Assembly: GCA_964489745.1 (NCBI GenBank)
Contig: CAZBBQ010000002.1
Coordinates: forward strand, 1-30,584
Length of the DNA: 30,584 nucleotides
From: an uncultured Desulfobacteraceae bacterium
GTDB lineage: Bacteria > Desulfobacterota > DSM-4660 > Desulfatiglandales > B25-G16
Direction of reading: 5' to 3'
Shown: positions 25,879 through 30,584 of the stretch, one piece after another
Layout: every line of letters begins with the position of its first letter
How positions within the stretch are numbered: position 1 is the stretch's first letter
The notes under the pieces: model-generated
Seen by the model: only the letters and a program-made list of their open reading frames with translations
What the model was told of the DNA's origin: nothing
Databases searched by the model: none
Position numbers and translations under genes: made by a program

Positions 25879-26490
25879 TTACAAGCGGAATATTTTTTTA
25901 ATGAGAGGAAAACGTCTATTTTTATTGGCCCTCTGCGCAACAATAATCGCCTCTATTTCTTTTATAGCTTTTTTTAGATCATCATTAATAATAATGAAAT
26001 CGTAATCTCGGCATCTCTTAATTTCTTCCGATGCCTTTTTTAGCCGCAGGTCTATGTTCATTTTTTCATTCGGTGATCTTTTTTGTAGTCTTTCTTTAAG
26101 AATGTCGAGTGATGGAGGGAGAATAAATATTGACAATGAATCAGGAAATTGCCTTTTTATCTCTTGAGACCCTTGAATATCAACATCCATCAAAAGATCT
26201 TTTCCTGAGGATAATTCACGGTTTACGCTTGAAATAGAAGTGCCATATAGGTAATCATAGACAACAGCCCATTCAATAAATTCATGAGCATCGATCATTT
26301 TTTCAAAATTTTCTCTGCCAACAAAGTAATAATGCAACCCGTGGGATTCACCTTTTCTCGGCTTTCGTGTAGTATGAGAAATGGAATAGCCAATTTCTCC
26401 CACATCTTTTTCTAATATATTCTTTATTATTGTGGTTTTTCCAGCTCCTGAGGGAGCGGTTATTACAAAGATTTGTCCTTTTTCTTTCAT
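25879..26490 (-). CDS. gmk: Guanylate kinase
   Basis: APSGAGKTT, SISHTTRKPRKGE, EWAVVYDYLYGT, DVDIQG, FILPPS, IINDDL. Confidence 0.97.
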   Translation of the reverse strand: MKEKGQIFVITAPSGAGKTTIIKNILEKDVGEIGYSISHTTRKPRKGESHGLHYYFVGRENFEKMIDAHEFIEWAVVYDYLYGTSISSVNRELSSGKDLLMDVDIQGSQEIKRQFPDSLSIFILPPSLDILKERLQKRSPNEKMNIDLRLKKASEEIKRCRDYDFIIINDDLKKAIKEIEAIIVAQRANKNRRFPLIKKIFRL

Positions 26491-26529
26491 ATCTCTTTAT
26501 TGGTAACCCTTAATTTGTTACATTGAAAC

Positions 26530-26799
26530 CTATAGCAAATCCTCACCCCGTATTGTGCCGTCTGGAGCAAATCTTTGTGCTATTGTCTCAGATTGAATAG
26601 CAGACAGTATCACATGATTGCTATCTGTTATAATTACTGATCGTGTTCGTCTACCTTGAGTTGCGTCAACAAGCCTTTTATCATCTCTTGCCTCTTCACG
26701 AAGCCGTCTAACCGGTGCAGAGGATGGTGAGATAATGGCTATCACCCTTCTTGATATAATGAAATTTCCAAACCCAATATTAAGTAGAGTTGGATCCAT
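26530..26799 (-). CDS. remA: DUF370/RemA-family protein
   Basis: [45 protein letters not shown]; located between yicC and gmk. Confidence 0.9.
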   Translation of the reverse strand: MDPTLLNIGFGNFIISRRVIAIISPSSAPVRRLREEARDDKRLVDATQGRRTRSVIITDSNHVILSAIQSETIAQRFAPDGTIRGEDLL

Positions 26800-26835
26800 A
26801 TGTGTTATCTCCTATATTTAAACGATCTGAAGCGC

Positions 26836-27714
26836 CTATTCCACATTTTGAATCTGCTCTCTCAATTTTTCTAATTCAGCCTTAATTTCTACTGCGAGCT
26901 GGGAAACTAAAGAATCCGACGCCTTAGACCCCATTGTATTAACTTCTCTATTTATCTCCTGCAATAAAAAATCCAGTCTTCTTCCGATCGCATCATCCTG
27001 ATTTATGAAATTCCTAAACTGCTCTATGTGACTTTCTACCCTAATAAGCTCTTCTGTAATGTCAGACCTATCTGCCATCAAAGCTACTTCTTGTATAATC
27101 CGATCCTCATTTATTTCAACAGGTTTTATTATATTATTAATCTTTTGCATTAATCTATCTTTGTAACTTTCAACTATCAGTGTGGTCCTACTTCGTATCT
27201 CATCGATATATTTCGTGATCCTATTTAATCGTTCTAAAAAATCTTTCTCTAAAGCCATGCCTTCATTTATTCTCATGGATTCCATTGAGCGCAAGGCTGT
27301 ATTAATAACATCCTCTAAATTTGGCCACACATTTTCCAAATCAATACTATCTTGTTTGGTAATAATAATATCCTTTAAATGAGAGAAAAAAGATGGATCA
27401 ATACGTTGCTCACACTCAAGTTCCTTATTTAGCTCTTTGAAAATCTGAATATAAGCCTTTACCAATGGCATGTTTAATTCAAGCTTTAAATTTTTATTGC
27501 CATTATCTTTAATTTGAATGGAAACTTCAATTCTACCTCTCTTAACCGTAGAAGCCACTACAGACCTGACTTTTTCCTCAAATGGTTGCAAGCTATGGGA
27601 AAGTCTAAGAACAATTTCTCTGTACCGATAATTTCCCGACCTAATTTCTACAATAAATTCAAGGCTATCTTTTAAGGACTCAGCGCTGCCATATGCAGTC
27701 ATACTTTTAAGCAT
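26836..27714 (-). CDS. yicC: YicC/YloC family endoribonuclease
   Basis: SMTAYG, VKRGRIE, DRSDITEELIR, GRRLDFLLQEINREVNTMGSK, EKLREQIQNVE. Confidence 0.95.
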   Translation of the reverse strand: MLKSMTAYGSAESLKDSLEFIVEIRSGNYRYREIVLRLSHSLQPFEEKVRSVVASTVKRGRIEVSIQIKDNGNKNLKLELNMPLVKAYIQIFKELNKELECEQRIDPSFFSHLKDIIITKQDSIDLENVWPNLEDVINTALRSMESMRINEGMALEKDFLERLNRITKYIDEIRSRTTLIVESYKDRLMQKINNIIKPVEINEDRIIQEVALMADRSDITEELIRVESHIEQFRNFINQDDAIGRRLDFLLQEINREVNTMGSKASDSLVSQLAVEIKAELEKLREQIQNVE

Positions 27715-27724
27715 AATTATCTGT

Positions 27725-28258
27725 CTATTGCTCCTGTTCTCTTAAGTGTTGTAAATAATTATTTCTTATCATATTAAAACAACCAATGGTCTCTTCATCT
27801 TTGTAATCAGGATATGTCCATACCAAAGGATTAAAGGTGCCGGCATGAAAAACAAGTGTAAGGTCTAAATATATTCCTTTTTTTAAATAAATTCTATGGC
27901 TATAATTTTTACCGGTAGCAAGAACCAACCTTTCTAAAGATATATAACCTGGATCAATATTAATCCGCCTTTTTTTATCAAAACGATGCTCATTTTCAAT
28001 TTTATTAGTCGTCAACTTTATATCTGCAATAGAATTTGAGCTGATCAGCTTGGAAAAAGATATAAATCGTCTATAAAGAGGCCATCCCATCTCTTTTTCA
28101 TAATATCGTGTTCTGTCAAAAATAAATTTTTTACTTATCCAATCAGTTGGACCAAAAAACGCTTCCATCTGTATAATAACATTCTCTATAAATTCCTCTT
28201 CTCGAGAAAAGAGACTGCTTATCATTTTTACCTTTTTTTCATTCTGAGGAATACTCAT
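27725..28258 (-). CDS. DUF4416 family protein
   Basis: MSIP start, YYEKEMG..L.RRF, RRINIDPGY, LATGKNYSHRIYL..GIY, WTYPDY. Confidence 0.85.
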   Translation of the reverse strand: MSIPQNEKKVKMISSLFSREEEFIENVIIQMEAFFGPTDWISKKFIFDRTRYYEKEMGWPLYRRFISFSKLISSNSIADIKLTTNKIENEHRFDKKRRINIDPGYISLERLVLATGKNYSHRIYLKKGIYLDLTLVFHAGTFNPLVWTYPDYKDEETIGCFNMIRNNYLQHLREQEQ

Positions 28259-28332
28259 TGGCAATTTCAGTGGTTATTTGACAGCATTTCTTAGTTGGTT
28301 AAAAAAAGACAATAAACGTCGGTCAATAAATG

Positions 28333-29325
28333 TTATAAACGAGAGTTAATCAACTCTTTAAGGTTATCGATCTTTACTGTTGATGTTCCGATCTCGCCAA
28401 CCACTATACCTCCTGAAAGATTAGATAGATAGGCTGCAGATTTTAGATCAAGGCCGCCAGCTATTCCAAGCGTAAGCGTAGCAATAACTGTGTCTCCAGC
28501 GCCAGTCACGTCATAGACTTTTCTTGCTATTGATTTAATATGTGTTACCCTACCCTCTTGTTCAAAAAGGGTCATACCATCCTTACCCCTGGTTATTAAC
28601 AAGGCTTTACATTTCTTATTATTTAATAATTTTTTTCCAACCTTCTTCAGGTTCTCTTCATTAATGATTTCTATGCCTGCTATTTCTCCTGCCTGATTAT
28701 GATTGGGTGTGATTACAGTTACATCTTTATAGAGCGAAAAATTCTTAACATTCGGATCTACTGTTACCGGAAAATCACAATCCGAGATTATGCTTTTTAG
28801 ACCATCCATAAGCTGACGGGAGATAACACCCTTCCCATAATCAGAAACTATAAGTGCAGAGAGATTTCCCTTTTTTTCATTAATAAAATCTAGAATGCCT
28901 TTGATAGTCTTTGGCTTTAGGGATATTGTTTTTTCTCGATCGTACCTGACAACCTGTTGGTCATGGGCTATTATCCTTGTTTTCACACTCGTAGGTCTAT
29001 CAACTTCTATAGCAATACCACCAGTATCAACATTTAATTCATCTAATCTTGAAATTATCTCTTTTCCTGTGGGGTCATTTCCCACAACTCCACACATCAT
29101 CACACTTCCACCTAGAGAGACGAGATTATTCACAACATTGGTAGCACCGCCTAACATGACGGTTTCATGCTCAACCTCAACTACAGGCACAGGTGCTTCT
29201 GGGGAGATTCTTGAGACATTTCCCCATATAAATTTATCTAACATTATATCGCCGATAACAAGTATCATTGATTTTCCGAAATTATCGATTCCCTTGTTCA
29301 AATAACTCTTATCAATATTTGTCAT
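28333..29325 (-). CDS. rfaE1: D-glycero-beta-D-manno-heptose-7-phosphate kinase (stand-alone HldE domain I)
   Basis: GDIMLDKF..G.VSRISPEAPVPV, GGATNV, KTRIIA, SDYGKG, TPNHN, DVTGAGDTV; GGAAGG RBS. Confidence 0.93.
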   Translation of the reverse strand: MTNIDKSYLNKGIDNFGKSMILVIGDIMLDKFIWGNVSRISPEAPVPVVEVEHETVMLGGATNVVNNLVSLGGSVMMCGVVGNDPTGKEIISRLDELNVDTGGIAIEVDRPTSVKTRIIAHDQQVVRYDREKTISLKPKTIKGILDFINEKKGNLSALIVSDYGKGVISRQLMDGLKSIISDCDFPVTVDPNVKNFSLYKDVTVITPNHNQAGEIAGIEIINEENLKKVGKKLLNNKKCKALLITRGKDGMTLFEQEGRVTHIKSIARKVYDVTGAGDTVIATLTLGIAGGLDLKSAAYLSNLSGGIVVGEIGTSTVKIDNLKELINSRL

Positions 29326-29449
29326 ATCAGCCTTCCATTATTCTTTAATCATAGCAAACTGTTAAGTATTCTAATAACATGAGATAATTTTAAATTCATC
29401 CTCTCTCAATTAATTTTCTGTATGAACAATTTTTAAGGGTTTAAAATAT

Positions 29450-29478
29450 AGCATATTCTTATTATTGGATAAAGTGAA
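29450..29478 (-). promoter_or_regulatory. Possible sigma70 promoter for the rfaE1-led run
   Basis: TTCACT-17 nt-TATGCT on the minus strand; AT-rich context makes chance matches likely. Confidence 0.3.
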
Positions 29479-29896
29479 AAGGATGTTAAAAAATGATACC
29501 AAAAAGCAGTAGAAGATGATTTCCAATTTTAATTGACTGCCTATTAATTATTCAATACCATCATAAAAAGACTAAAAGATGGATTTCTTTCTTTTCAAAA
29601 CACCCTTTAAACCACCAGACATAACATTGAAATAAGAAAAGGCAGCAAACATTTTGAAAAAGTTATTAACTCTTATACCACCATGATAAAATCTCCTCTT
29701 GCCTAAATACCATTTTTATAATATCAATTTTATTCAATTAATAAATGGTTAAGAGGATACAATTGTTAAATTACACAGCTGATGCCAATTTCTATATTTC
29801 CCAAATAATATGATTGTTTCCCTGAGGAAAACCATCCTTGGAAAAGCTATAAGTTGTTTGATTATTTAATCGAGAAACGGAAATGTCTGTAAGTCT

Positions 29897-30584
29897 ATGC
29901 ATATGATATTGAAGAATAATCCAGTTCATGACCTTTCAAAAAAACAAATATACCGCAAGGCGCTTTTCCTGCGAAGTCAGTACCGCCTTTATAATTTACA
30001 AAATCCTCAGCTTGACGATTTATTCAAAGGCAGCATAGACCGCTTTGTTATCATCGCCAGCAAGCTCAGGTATGCAAAAAGAGTTCTGGATGTGGGCGCT
30101 GGTCATGGCGTGTTGTCTTCGCTTTTAAGTGAGTTAGGACACGAATGCTATGCGTTGGATATTTTTGACAGTACTGCCAAATATTCATATGTTTATCAAC
30201 AAAAACCGATTCAATTTAAGATCTGCAATGTGGAAGTAGATCCCATTCCTTTTACACACGATTTTTTTGACGCTGTGGTTTGCTGTCAGGTGTTGGAGCA
30301 TTTTACCCATTCTCATCTGTATGCCATGAATGAAATAAACAGAGTTTTGAAACAGGGCGGCATAATAGAAATAGATGTGCCCAATGCAGTGTGCTTTCGA
30401 AACCGCAGCCGCATGATCCGAGGTAAGCATATTACCTATGATTACGAAAAACACTACTTGTACTCAACTCCTGTCTTTTACAAGGGACTATCGTTTTATC
30501 CAGAACGGCATAATCGAGAATTTACCGCAAAGGAATTAAGAACCCTCTTGGAAGCAGCTAATTTCAAGGGTATCGAGGTGGTTT
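29897..30584 (+). CDS. Class I SAM-dependent methyltransferase, partial (runs off the window end)
   Basis: Hand translation from ATG 29897 (or 29903) is open to the end: RVLDVGAGHG (motif I), FDAVVCCQVLEHF, RVLKQGG, DVPN, HNREFT. Absent from the track because there is no stop. Confidence 0.88.
   Translation, partial: MHMILKNNPVHDLSKKQIYRKALFLRSQYRLYNLQNPQLDDLFKGSIDRFVIIASKLRYAKRVLDVGAGHGVLSSLLSELGHECYALDIFDSTAKYSYVYQQKPIQFKICNVEVDPIPFTHDFFDAVVCCQVLEHFTHSHLYAMNEINRVLKQGGIIEIDVPNAVCFRNRSRMIRGKHITYDYEKHYLYSTPVFYKGLSFYPERHNREFTAKELRTLLEAANFKGIEVV

Noticed and set aside
25770-25880. Alternative frame ..KATLFVLLIYTCSDMIGTGSREL* and the idea of a tRNA or 6S RNA in the gmk-rlmB gap
   Set aside because: That frame has no canonical start before the hydrophobic stretch; there is no cloverleaf or T-loop, and the gap is too short and in the wrong context for 6S.
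29680-29730. 15-aa ORF with tandem Trp (MVFRQEEILSWWYKS) as a possible attenuator leader
   Set aside because: No trp genes downstream, no terminator/antiterminator pair and no RBS.
274-30454. The many 60-170 aa track ORFs antisense to or nested in recognized genes (e.g., 2483..2767, 3992..4498, 6338..6751, 7749..8327, 28895..29305, 30185..30454)
   Set aside because: Shadow frames of well-supported genes, with no motifs or RBS.
1-30584. CRISPR arrays, IS elements, prophage or known defense systems
   Set aside because: No regularly spaced repeats, transposase/integrase motifs or terminal inverted repeats were seen; the ParB-like gene lacks the partner genes of the ParB-containing defense or DNA-modification systems I know.

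Overview
A 30.6-kb AT-rich chromosomal window, most likely from an anaerobic Desulfobacterota-type bacterium (inferred from gene content and order). I found no rRNA, tRNA, CRISPR array, integrase or transposase. Left part: efp coupled to a MetE-fold protein, two MBL-fold hydrolases, a PflX-like radical SAM protein, a DUF1232/J-domain protein and a GC-richer LIV-type ABC transporter operon. Middle: an internally deleted MltC-like gene, a ParB-like plus spore-photoproduct-lyase-like gene pair, hbd, a minus-strand run (APH-like kinase, AAA_33-like protein, nadK, DUF4911, miaB, REC-GGDEF), a PNP plus MTA/SAH deaminase pair and a transglutaminase-like protein. Right part: an unannotated 48-aa ORF, a long minus-strand run (hldE-kinase, DUF4416, yicC, remA, gmk, rlmB, P1 peptidase) and a partial SAM methyltransferase at the edge. 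Best leads: (1) the ParB-fold plus SPL-like radical SAM pair, whose lyase lacks the canonical SPL H-donor Cys; (2) an EF-P that contains its own PPP motif on a C8 run; (3) an MltC homolog missing its catalytic core; (4) a split APH-like/P-loop pair with non-canonical active-site motifs; (5) the 48-aa ORF and a GC-rich structured element upstream of rlmB. All family assignments come from motif recognition by eye; no searches were run.
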